This document shows, piece by piece, positions 52,138 to 64,000 of a DNA stretch of 64,000 bases (position 1 is its first letter; every line of letters starts with the position of its first letter). Source of the stretch: Octopus sinensis (lineage: Eukaryota); assembly GCF_006345805.1 (NCBI RefSeq), contig NC_042997.1, positions 3,844,001-3,908,000 on the forward strand, read 5' to 3'. The notes beneath the pieces are model-generated. The model searched no databases, had not been told where the DNA came from, and saw only the letters and a program-made list of their open reading frames with translations. Made by a program: the position numbers and the translations under genes.

Positions 52138-54698
52138 CAAATATTGCTTTAAAATTATCCCCCATTCTCTGAATAAAAGTGAAGAGAGAGAAGACAATCG
52201 ATTTGGCACAATCTAAGTTATTCTACATAACAATATCAATTAACTTATACCCATATATCCAATATTTTTTTTAAATGTGTAATTCCTGTACAATCTTAAA
52301 TAGAAATATATCTACTTAAATATATATTTCTTTATTTCAGTTTTTAGATTTGTCTGGTATATTGATGGTACTATTTTCAGAATGTATATATTACCTTTTT
52401 GCAATGGTAATATTATATTTACTTATTTTATATAATAGAAACTATTCATTATCAACCACCTGTATAATCAAAACAGATTAACAAAATCTAAAGTAAATAT
52501 GAATATAACAATTGGTAGAAAAATTGTATAATACTTAACTGAAAATATATTTACTAAATTAAATATAAATATAGAAATATTCTGCCCAATATTTTATAAA
52601 ACCAAAATTTATATTTCAATTGTCAACTTTACATGCAGAGAAATACATTAAAATCCAGTAGGTAAATATTGACTGTTTTTAAGATTTAAATAGGGTTAGC
52701 CGATGATTAATAATATTAGTAAATCATTATAATGTATTATCAATTTTATGGTGAATAATAGCTTCTATATGGCAAATAACTAATTTAGTCTATGTAAAAG
52801 AAACAAAAGCTACACACTACGATATACTTTATAAGAAATCGTGAATGAATGATAGAAAATATCAGTTAGTATGGAAGATATTTATGTTGAATATCTCAGC
52901 AGTTTCCTTTTGGTATTTCATTTTAAATGGACACTACTAAATTTTTCGATAAAGGTTTAAGTTATTCAAACTAAGCAGAGTCTCATTTGGAAACATATGA
53001 CAAATCCAACAATCATCCTTTGAAATTCTGGAGATTACTTGAACATTTGCCAATTGGGTACTAGAATGTATTCCATATAACAGAACAAATTATTATTATA
53101 AATTATTGACTGTTATCCCAGTGAGATACGATAACAGACAAAGAGTGAAGAAATACTTTAAATGAAATTGTGGAGAAGGAGAATATTGGAATAGATAAAG
53201 AATATTTTCTTTTCGTTTCTGATAATATACGAAATGAGGTGAAAACTGAAGATAGACAAATTATCTAGAGATTTATATACGCAAGGAATAATTTACAGAT
53301 GGAGTGAAATGATAGCATTGAAGTTCTATTTGAACAGATCTAATTGGTGTTACAACGATTGAACTTTGTTAGAGAGAATTATGTTGATTCTCCTGGCGGA
53401 TATCATTTAATTCTAATAGATCTATGACATTTGCCACTCGAAATGTGCATTTAAACTTCAATATCTGTAAATATATTTTCAAACTTGGCAATTCAGCAGA
53501 TATTTCATTTTCGATCATAAATAAGTACGGTGGGAGAAGCTGGATTAGGTAATGTACTTCATTTGCTATACTTAGAAAATTATATCTTAAGATATACTCT
53601 TCAGTTTAGTTGAAGCTTAGAATAGAAGAACTTATGCCTTGATTAACAAAAAAAAAAAGTCGGCATTGAATAAGGTATCTACAATATTTTCAAGAGAAAC
53701 AAAAAAGAAATATCAAGTAAAACTACAAAATTAATTTAATTGAATTTGCAATGAAGTTAAACTGCGTGATATATAAACATATAATATAAATAAAGACTGA
53801 AATATGTGTCGTTATCTCGTGAGAATACTTATCATTAATTACATTTAACATAGATAAGAATGAGTAAGAGGCAAATAAACATAACAGCGCAGGAAGTAAT
53901 TGCAAATATATAGGCACACACTTATAAAATCTACTTTCAATGGTATATACCTAGCTGTGTATGTGTGTGGGAGGGAAAATGATAGAGAAAGAGAGAGAGA
54001 GAGAGAAAGAAAGAAAGAAAGAAAGAAAGAAAGTGAGGAAGTGCGTGTGAGAGTATGTGGGTGAGGTGTGTATATGTGTGTTTGTGCGCATCACTACTAG
54101 TGTTTGAATTCAAACGTACTTACACAGATATAGCCACGCTGAATAGCGTTTGTACATGCGTGTATGTAGAAGTATCCTAATGTGTGAGCGGTTTTATATT
54201 AAAGTGCAGCATAATAGGAAGGATACAATCAATTGTAATGTGTGAAGGAAACCCAATTTCACAGGTTTGATGTCAAAACATTTCGTCTAAGTGTTGTACT
54301 ACTTCATATTTTATCATATTATTTCATTGTGTGAAAATATACAGACTTGTCTAATAATACGTTTCGAGATTTCGTCTGTAGAATCATATTACATAGATAG
54401 AAAGACGTTTCAAACAAACACACCATAAATTCTCAGAAGATAAGTGACTAAATAACATCACTTACTTCATACGGAATGTGAACATTATATTCAATAGACA
54501 GTCATCAGGAAATTGCAGCTGCTGAAAGCTTTAAATAATATATCGTCATAATAAAATGTTTGAGAATGTAAGTGTGTACTTCGACACACATAAATACGAA
54601 AATGAATATTCGCATAATTATCCATTGCTAGTCATGTGGGAAAGTTTGCACAACATATAATTTAGATTTGACTCTATGCCGTGAGTGTGTGTGTGTGC

Positions 54699-54769
<71 letters not shown>

Positions 54770-54774
54770 CTAAT

Positions 54775-54986
54775 ATATACATACTAATACATACTAATAC
54801 ATACACCAACCCTATACATACACACGTCCAGACCTCTCATACGCACTAATACTCTCTCATACACACACACACACCCTTATACATACTAATACATACTAAT
54901 ACATACACCAACCCTATACATACACACGTCCATACCTCTCATACGCACTAATACTCTCTCATACATACACACACACACACCCTTAT
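54775..54986. repeat. ~100-bp tandem duplication
   Basis: catactaatacatacaccaaccctatacatacacacgtcca...cccttat occurs twice. Confidence 0.85.
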
Positions 54987-55145
54987 GTTGGAGCAGGTCA
55001 TTCAACCCTATTATCTCCCCTAATTTCGCTCTCGCGTCTCATGCTTGATCTTTGACTTCTGGCCGAAATCAGATCGCCATGTTGATTCGTTAGTTACTGC
55101 ACGCATTTTTTCTCTCCTTCTTTCTGTGTTTTTTTTCTGTGTGTA

Positions 55146-55183
55146 TCTTTCTGTTGAAGAGCGTAGGCTCGAAACGTTAAAGA
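55146..55183 (+). ncRNA. Minimal hammerhead-like motif in a PLE-type 3' end (~54990-55282) abutting (TA)n
   Basis: TCTTT-CTGTTGA-A-GAGC GTAG GCTC-GAAAC-GTT-AAAGA; palindromic AACGTT; A6>U core change. Confidence 0.6.
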
Positions 55184-55281
55184 ATTGTCTTATTTATATT
55201 TCCTGAGCGCCATACTACTACAATTGTTTGTTTGTTTTCCACCTGCCTTCGTCTTTTGTCTACTTTCATAAAGCTTCCCGT

Positions 55282-55313
<32 letters not shown>

Positions 55314-55385
55314 AATATATGTATATATATATATGCATATATATATATATGTGTGTGTATATGTACATGTATATAGTTATATGTA

Positions 55386-55424
<39 letters not shown>

Positions 55425-55516
55425 TATATATGTATATGCGTGTATGTAGAGATATAAGTATGTGCATGTGTATATATATGTGTGTATATATATGTATAGG
55501 TATGTGTATGTGTATA

Positions 55517-55565
<49 letters not shown>

Positions 55566-56330
55566 TTGTATGTAGGTGTATATGTATGTGTGTATATATA
55601 TATTTATTGGTGTATATGTATAGACTAGCCTTCTAAGAGTGTAGACATGAATCTGTAGGTAAGCGTACGTATGTGTATATACGTGAATGTATGTAGATGT
55701 ATGTATGTATGAATATAACGCGTGCGTGCGTGTATGTGTATGAGTGTACGAATGAGTGAGTGTACGTGCTAATGAGTGTGCGTGCGTGAATGAGTGCTTG
55801 TTTTCAAGTAGACAGATAAATGGACTTGCTGTCATAGCCAAGATCCTTGGGACCAGCGGTCAAAGATAACAAAAGTAATAAATGAAGATAATAAAATTAA
55901 AATTAGGGAATGGTCTGTATTTGTATGTATATATATGTGTGTATGTGTAGGTATGCATAGGTACACATATGTATATATATATATATATATATGTATGTGT
56001 ATGTATGTGTATGTATATATGTGTGTGTATATATATGTGTGTGTATGTGTATGTATGTGTGTGTGTATGTATGTGTATGTGTATATATGTATATGTGTGT
56101 GTGTATATATATATTTTTCTGTGTGTATATGTATGTGTGGTCGCGTGTGTATATATACATGTGTGTATACGTGTATGCATGTGAGTGAGTGTATGTATAT
56201 ATATATATGTGAATGTGTAGATATGTATATGTATGTGTATGTGTATATATATGTATATGTGTGTGTGTATGTATGTGTGTATGTATATATGTATGTATGT
56301 GTGTGTATATATGTATACATATGTGTATAG
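55282..56330. repeat. Long low-complexity TA/TG tract
   Basis: Directly visible; source of many spurious ORFs. Confidence 0.95.
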
Positions 56331-56675
56331 GTATAAGTGAGAATCTCCTTATTTACCTAAAACTCTATTCTTTTTTATATATATTTTTTTATTTATTCTT
56401 TTATCTAATTTACCACTGACTCCTTGACCACTCCCCCAAGTATGATATTTTGCGCTATGCCTACCCCCAAAAAGTCCCCCACCACCACCCCTTTAAACCT
56501 GCCTAAATGTATAAATGCCAATACAATTCTTGTTAACTAGCTTCCTGAAGATTTCTCTTGAATGAAACAGTTCTAGTCCTGTAGAAGCTCCTTCTATATA
56601 ATAAATTAATTTTACTCTGCTATGTATTGAGTACCTTATTTACTGTGGTTAACCCCGAATCAACCCGGGACCTAC
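56330..56675 (+). mobile_element. PLE terminal repeat (TATA-like box, hammerhead, AATAAA) ending in (TA)n
   Basis: tgtataaat ~56508, hammerhead 56539-56589, aataaa ~56600; same family as 15487-15665. Confidence 0.8.
56539..56589 (+). ncRNA. Type I hammerhead ribozyme with canonical core
   Basis: AGCTTC-CTGAAGA-T TTC TCTT GAA T-GAA-ACAG TTCTAGTC CTGT-A-GAAGCT: stem I 6 bp, stem II 3 bp, stem III 4 bp, GTA triplet. Confidence 0.8.
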
Positions 56676-56708
56676 ATATATATATATATATATAATATAT
56701 ATATATTA

Positions 56709-56782
<74 letters not shown>

Positions 56783-56813
56783 CATATATTATATATATTA
56801 TATTATATTATAT

Positions 56814-56859
<46 letters not shown>

Positions 56860-56903
56860 ATATGCGTGTGTGCGTGTGAGTATTTAAATGCGCGTGTATG
56901 AAA

Positions 56904-56970
<67 letters not shown>

Positions 56971-57114
56971 TATATGCGTGTGTGCGTGTGAGTATTTAAA
57001 TGCGCGTGTATGAATCTACACAATATATTTCCATACGAAGAGAGATGTCTCCATGTCATCTGCTACAAGAGTCATATATTAGAACTTCGAAATGTATAGG
57101 CATAACATATGCAT

Positions 57115-58185
57115 ATGGATTACATCTTATTTATCCAACAATCTTACCATGTAGCATTTCATCGATCAGTCTACCTGTCTGTCTGCCTGCTGCCTACCTA
57201 ACAGCCCACCTACCAACCTACCCTCCTATCTATGTTCTCTATAGCGAATCAGAGACACGCGCTTAACACATGTTGCAGAGGATATGTTTAGATGATTAAA
57301 CATGTGAGTCTCTCTGGCGGCATTAATTTCATAAAACTACGACCTTCAGGTTACAATGTTACACTCACCAGTATTGGTGGTGTATATATATCCTTTAATA
57401 TGTGTGTGTGTGTGTGCGCGAGTGTTTGACTTTGTGTATCTGTGAGTATATCTCACTGTCGGCTGTGAATGTTTGAGTGTGTGTATATGTGCGTATATTT
57501 GTGTTTATCTTCCCGTGATTGTGTTCATTGATTAGTGTAATTTTTTTGTTAATTGATGCGATCTTAGTTTTGGCCTCTTTAATTGTCGTTTCTGTTATGT
57601 ATTTTGATATGTTTGTAATTCCTTTGCATTGCAGCCTGGAGGAAGTGTGATTAATTGTTTAGAATCCGTTAGTTATTTAGTGGTGGTACGTATCTCTTTA
57701 CGTTTTTCTTTGTGTGTTTGTGTGTGGGTTTGTATATATGTATGCTGTGTGTGTATATGCGAGTTTGTACTTCAGTCTGTGAGTGTGTGTATCTGCTTTG
57801 TGCACATATGTTAATGTTGAAGATGATTTTTTGAATATGTAAATGAAAGCCTATGTATTGCAAGTATACCTCTAAAGAATTTTACTATTTACGTTCGATT
57901 AATTTTCGTTATCTATTGTTTCGTAATGAAAGTGCACTAAATTTTATGGAAGATTGACTTTTAAAAATACATGTAGATGCGCTTGGACGTTTATGTATGT
58001 GTCAGATTGTATTATCTTTCTGATTTTGCTGAGCTTACTCTTGTACTTCAATGAAGTATTTTTGCATAAGTGTGTGTATCAGAACGTCGTTATTTGAATT
58101 TGATATTCTTTTGTGTATGTCTTGGGCGTGTTTTGGGGTTTTGATATGATCGTGACTGCGTGGTAAAAATTTTGATTTCCAACCA
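57115..58185 (+). repeat. ~1.1-kb direct duplication, copy 1
   Basis: Collinear with 62225-63355 (e.g. aactacgaccttcaggttacaatgttaca; ttttgatatgatcgtgactgcgtggt). Confidence 0.9.
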
Positions 58186-59959
58186 CGTTGTTCCGTGTTC
58201 AGTTCCCCTACATCGAATAATATTTTAGACGCATGGAATGATTGTAATACGTAGTAGTAAGTGTTGTACAATGCTTCAAAATCTACTAAAATTGATTCAG
58301 CTGCCTTGACAAATACATACTGAAATATTGATATGCATTTGTGGAAATGGAACTACCACAACAGGTCATCCACATTGTACCTAGACGGAGTACGTATACA
58401 GCTAATGGAAGTGGATAGTGTAGGTTATCTACGATTCAAATTGGTCCACTATACGCACCAGAAATTTGTGATCTACGCAGCTCATTTTGATAGGTCCAGT
58501 AGTGAAAGACCCAGTTACTAGAAGTTGGAAGGTGTTTTGCTAGTACGTAATCAATACTGAGACCGCATTTTTGAAATTATTAAGCGGAAAAATTCATCAA
58601 CACCTGGTAGTTGATCACACTGAAGAGGTGTAATACAGTAGAAATTATAGCGTTTTAGAAAAGAACTAACAATACAAATAGATTAAATGGAGAACTACTT
58701 AGCAACGTAGCAAAAGCAATGCGACCGACCTGCTAGCGGCGTAAAATGCACTTGACTTTTGTCCAGGTAAATTACAAAGTCAGCGTTGTCCGAACTAAGG
58801 CCAGTGTACACAGGAACTAACACTGACCGATGTGCTCGAAAATTAGAGAGGATCCATGGCAACAACATCATATGTCGTTTCTGGATCGGTAAGAATGCAT
58901 GCTTCTCACAATGAGTGTGCAGCTTTCCGGCAGCACTTCGCGCGGCTATTGTAGGAGAGTAATGAGTCATCGACGCCTTGCGCATGCTCTCGGCAGTGGA
59001 CGTTAGGTTCAATGTAAATCTGTTAACAGTAAATGAAATAGTATATGTACGAGCGAGAGCACAAACCGCATATTCTCTGGTTTCAATGGTCTGCCCTATG
59101 TGTTTTTTAGGCTCGTGTCAAGTTTGTTTGGATGACTCTTTTGTAGACATCTGCAGTAACTGACAACGGAACTGGAGAATTCCTTGTGCTGTTAGTTGGA
59201 AGAATGCCAAGTGTTTTGGTAACGGTGCTGAGAAAGGACGCCGACATTTGAAATGTGCTATGGAGGTATTCGTCCATAACTCTGCTAAACTTTGGCAAGT
59301 ATTTTTGTCGATGGTCGATTCTAGACCATAAGAATTTTCATATTGATTGAATATACGTAACAATCTTTGGCAAAATAGTTAGAGAAAATGTTAGCGCTTC
59401 TCATCGGTAGTCTAGTAGGTGAAGCGCAAACGTTCGAAATCCCCGCACACATCTATCTAGGATACGATAGGGCTGGGACTAAATCCATCCATTGTTACTT
59501 CTAAGCCGTCCTGAAATCGGTCGATTTCGAATACGTCTTCACGGCCTGGGACGCTGCAAAACTTAGAAACACCTCGGGTGCAAATTACTTCGACCACCTA
59601 TCGTAAGCAATTTGCCTCGTGCACTTGGACCGTCTGAGCATCCCGCTGGCTACTCTTCTTTGCGTGCTGACTCATGAGTCTTTGCTGAAGAAGTTATAAC
59701 AATTTTTTGACATCCCTTTCGAACTGAGATACAGGGATGATGTGTCTGCGTATGCACTGCTTCAGCGCTTAAATCACAATATTAAGTCTCTCTGTGTGAA
59801 AAATTATACTTCTTCAATTTTTCAAATTTACGATCATTCTTCAAATCTCGTTTTGTTTTCCACTCAAGTATTGACACTACACTGTTCAGAGAACCTAATT
59901 ATTCTGATATTCTCCTTTCCTTTTGTATCTTTTTCAACTTTTCTTCAACTTATTACGTT

Positions 59960-60362
59960 TACTCTTTTACTCTTTTACTTGTTTCAGTCATATGACTGCG
60001 GCCATGCTGGAGCACCGCCGTTAGTCGATCAAATCGACCCCGGGACTTATTCTTTGCAAGCCTAGTACTTATTCTATCGGTCTCTTTTGCCGAACCGCTA
60101 AGTGACGGGGACGTAAACACACCAGCATCAGTTGTCAAGCAATGCTAGGGGAACAAACACAGACACACAAACACACACACGCATATATATATATATACAT
60201 ATATACGACAGGCTTCTTTCCGTTTCCGTCTACCAAATCCACTCACAAGGCATTGGTCAGCCCGGGGCTGTAGCAGAAAACACTTGCCCAAGATGCTACG
60301 CAGTAGGACTGAACCCGGAACCATGTGGTTGGTTAGCAAGCTACTTACCACACAGCCACTCC
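59960..60362 (-). mobile_element. SINE family B, full length
   Basis: Reverse complement of the 15791-16230 copy including the head (ggagtggctgtgtggtaagtagcttgct). Confidence 0.88.
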
Positions 60363-60594
60363 TTAGTATCATCATCATCATCATCATCACCATAAATGTT
60401 TGTGATGTTACTCTTGTATTTTTTTATTTTGCTCTGGTTGTTTTCATTGTGGTTTTTCTTACTGTTAGTAGTTTTAGCTGAAGCACACATGAACCTTATC
60501 ACAACTACATTTCTGTCTATGTGCATTGCTCATATTAGAATACGCACACATAATCATACGCATATATATAAGTGCACAGGTGTATGTATGTATG

Positions 60595-60643
<49 letters not shown>

Positions 60644-61249
60644 ATACAGAAACTGATACACGCGCGCGCACACAGATATACATATCTTAGTTATATCGTA
60701 CAGAAGAATTATGAATATATAAATTGATTTGTAGAAATGAACATATTCTCAGGTAATGAAGGTAAATTTCTCGATTATATAATAACAAGATTAGCAAGTC
60801 TTGCCTTCGGCAAGGATTTTAGTCGATGGTCGATTCTAGACTATAAGAAATTTCATATCGATTGAATATACATGACAATCTTATTTGAATCCGATAGTAC
60901 TAAACTATACCTAGACGGATAAATATAATGTTCACACTTGTACACATACACGCATACATACATACATACTTACATATATTTACTTTCACAAAAGCAAAGT
61001 TAGCCGTAAAAGTATTGCAAAAGTAAGCATAACTTTTGTTTTTATTTAATGACACACTTCAAATATTTCGCACAAGTAACTGACTTCTAATAAGATGTTT
61101 CTTGAACGTATTCAATGCAAGTAAATAATGGCTTCCAATCATAATCTACATTCTATTTTTGCGTTTTAGACGAAGGAGGCGTGCAGGTTTGTGATTTTCA
61201 CAATGTGCCACATATTTTACTACATGGATGGTATCATTGACAGAAACAA

Positions 61250-61490
61250 GTCGTCGAGGTGGCAGAAATGTTAGCTGTCTGGGTGAAATGCTTATCGGTA
61301 AGGTATTTCGTCTGCTGCTACGTTCTGAGTTTAAATTTCTCCGAAGTCGACTTTGCCTTTCATCCTTTCAGGGTCGATAAGTTAAATACCAGTTAAGTTA
61401 CGCACTGGGGGCGATGTAATCGACTTAATCCCGCTGTCTGTCCTTGTTTGTGCCGTCTATGCTTAGCCCCTTGTGGGTAATAAAGAAATA
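61250..61490 (+). mobile_element. SINE family A with 23-bp target-site duplication
   Basis: ggatggtatcattgacagaaaca at 61226-61248 and 61491-61513. Confidence 0.88.
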
Positions 61491-61898
61491 GGATGGTATC
61501 ATTGACAGAAACATTGCACGCAGCTGAAGGAATGATTTTACTGAAGGCACAACCGATATTGAAGAGACACCGCAAAGTAGGAGACGATCAACTGCCACCA
61601 TTCATACAAAATTTTAGCTTGAGTATAAAATGATTCGCAGACGAGTCATAATCTAACCTCGCTGTAACACGGTATTGCGGTTACGCTGAATATCAGACCA
61701 TGGGTATCCAAAATGATATAATGGTTGGATACCTCTGCAATGCATTCACGTTTAGAAGGAAATAAAGGTGGATATCTGCAATGATTTTTTTTTAGATGAT
61801 TTTCAAGTGAATGTATATGTTTTAGTGATTTTGTGTCAGAGGATGAAATGCTCACTCCATCGGAATTGTATTGCTTGGACCGAGTAGATGAAGAAAGT

Positions 61899-62175
61899 GG
61901 AGGCAGATGGCGCAGTCGAGGGATCGCGGGTTCGAGTCTCAGATCGGACGATGTGTGTGTTTATAAGCGAAGCACTTAAGCTCCACGCGGCTCCGGCAGA
62001 AGGTAATAGCGTACTTCTGCTGACTCATTCGTCATAACATTCTCTTACTCTTTCCTCCTGTATCTTGCAGCTCACCTGCAACGGACAGGCGTCCCTTCCA
62101 AGTGGGGAACCTATAAGCCAAGGTAACCGGGAAACCGGCCCTTATGAACTAGGTGTGGCTCGAGAAGAAACACAC
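61899..62175 (+). mobile_element. tRNA-derived SINE, family D
   Basis: ggaggcagatggc...ggttcgagtctcagatcgg head similar to 45085; different tail cctgcaacggacaggcgtcccttccaagtgggg. Confidence 0.75.
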
Positions 62176-62224
62176 AATAGTAGATAAAGAAGTTTTAATC
62201 ATGTACATCAAATGTATCAACAGT

Positions 62225-63355
62225 AGATAGATTTGCTTTTATTTATCTGAGAATCATGCCACCCAGATATTCGTCGATCAATCTACCTGACTGTCTGCCT
62301 AGCTACCTACTTACCAACCTACATACCTACCTACCTACCTACCATCCTATCTATGTTCTCTTGAGTGTATAGGAGAGACGTGTTTAATACATGTTGCAGA
62401 GGAAATGTTTAAATGATTAAACATGTGAGTCGCTCTGGCGTCACTAATTTCAAACAACTACGACCTTCAGGTTACAATGTTACAACCACCAGTATCGGTG
62501 GTGAACATATGTATCCTTTAATGTGCGTGTGTGTGTGTGCGAGTGTTTTACTGTGTGTATCTGTAAGTACATTTTAGTGTCGGCTGTGAATGTTTGAATG
62601 TGTTTATCTTTGTGTTTGTCTTCCTGTGATTGTGTTCATTCATTAGCGTAATTTTTTTGTTAATTGATGCGATCTTAGTTTTGGCGTTAGTTTATGTTAT
62701 ATATTTTGATACGTTTGTAATTCCTTTGCATTGTTGGCTGGAGGAAGTATTATTAATTGTTTAGAATCCGTTAGTGAATTGGTGGTGGTACGCATCTCTT
62801 TACGTTTTCCTTTGTGTGTATGTGTGTGAGTTTGCATATATGTATGCTGTGTGTGTGTATGCGAGTTTGTATTTGTGTGCGTGTGTGTATTTGTGTCTGT
62901 GTGTGTCTGAATGTGTGCGCATATGTTAGCGTTGAAAAAAATGTTCTTTCTGACGTTGGTTTTGTATTTCTACTTAGAAATGCGTTTTTGAAAGATGTAA
63001 ATGAGAGCATATCTATTGCAAATATAGCTCTAAAGAATTTTACTATTTACGTTCGATTAATTTTCATTTTTTTTGTTTCGTAATGAAAACGCAGTAAATT
63101 TTATGGAAGAATGTCTTTTGAAAATGTATGTAGATGCGCTTGGGCGTTTATGTATGTGTCAGTTTGTATTATCTTCCCGAGTTCGATGAACTCTTTACTT
63201 CAATGAAGTATTTTTCTATAAGCGTATGTATCAGAATGTGGTTATTTGAATTTGATATTCTTTTGTGTATGTCTTGGGCGTGGTTTGGTGTTTTGATATG
63301 ATCGTGACTGCGTGGTCAAAATTTGCTTTCCAAAGTTAATAATATACTTCAACCA
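62225..63355 (+). repeat. ~1.1-kb direct duplication, copy 2
   Basis: Collinear with 57115-58185. Confidence 0.9.
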
Positions 63356-64000
63356 TGTTTCTTTACGTTGTCCAACTTAGGATTTTCATCTATTTTCACA
63401 GAATTTCACTTTTCACAACGACAGTTCCGTTGCTTTTGGTGTAAACGACAAAAGACCCTATTCAAGGCCACTTTTCGTATGATCACTACACCACATGAGA
63501 ACGCATTACAGCACATTTCAGGGCTTCTTATCAAATTGTTATCTCTGTGAGAACGACAAAAAAGCCCCTTTCAGGGCAACTTCCCCTGTAATTGTTACAC
63601 CATCTAATAAAGGATTAAAAATCTGCTCAGGAGTTCATGTCAGCAAACTGTTACCGCTTGGCTTCAGTGGTGCCCGGTGACAAATTTTGTTACAAGTTAC
63701 GACGACAGATTTTGTTATAAGTTACGACGACAGATTTTGTTATAATTTTATTACTATCAGCGACCAGTTTTGTTACAATTTGGCGTTTACGTTATCTATG
63801 ACACATGAAATGTACGAAATATCAAAAACATAGTAGTATTTGTATCCCGAGCAACACTGGATACTTCTGCTGGTATTAGATAAATATTCAAGATAAATTT
63901 TCAAGTTCAAACAAGGCAACATGAAATATATTTCTTTCATCGTTGTAAAATATAATTCTTTGATTTCAATGCGACGCACATTCCTATTTGCGCTATATGA

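Noticed and set aside
58695-58700. Splice donor closing the 58695-59019 frame
   Set aside because: The minus strand reads aag tag tt, a stop rather than a convincing GTAAGT donor, so no CDS was called
63688-63746. 25-bp tandem repeat (ttgttataagttacgacgacagatt)
   Set aside because: About 2.3 copies with no spacers; ordinary slippage duplication

Overview
Very AT-rich, microsatellite-dense eukaryotic DNA. The SINE families, the (TA)n/(TACA)n/(TAGA)n load and the LINE types point to a cephalopod (Octopus-like) intergenic or intronic region; this taxonomy is an inference. I found no host exon I can support, and most listed ORFs are microsatellite artefacts. The window holds many transposon remains: a full-length frameshifted hAT element (36664-40434, TIRs and 8-bp TSD), a TA-flanked MITE, mariner/maT remnants, RTE, CR1-like, Dong/R4-like, Hero-like and L1/Tx1-like LINE fragments, many tRNA-derived SINEs, and a decayed Penelope-like (PLE) GIY-YIG ORF. 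The most notable signal is RNA-based. A non-coding ~490-bp monomer is repeated in tandem and inverted inside a (TA)n tract (34148-35585). Three of its copies carry a type I hammerhead ribozyme with a G.U-rich extended stem II, preceded by a candidate pseudoknot, which makes it a retrozyme-like circular-RNA candidate. Several unrelated PLE-type terminal repeats with hammerhead motifs also occur, often as fold-back inverted repeats in (TA)n tracts. All coordinates and folds were read by eye and are approximate.
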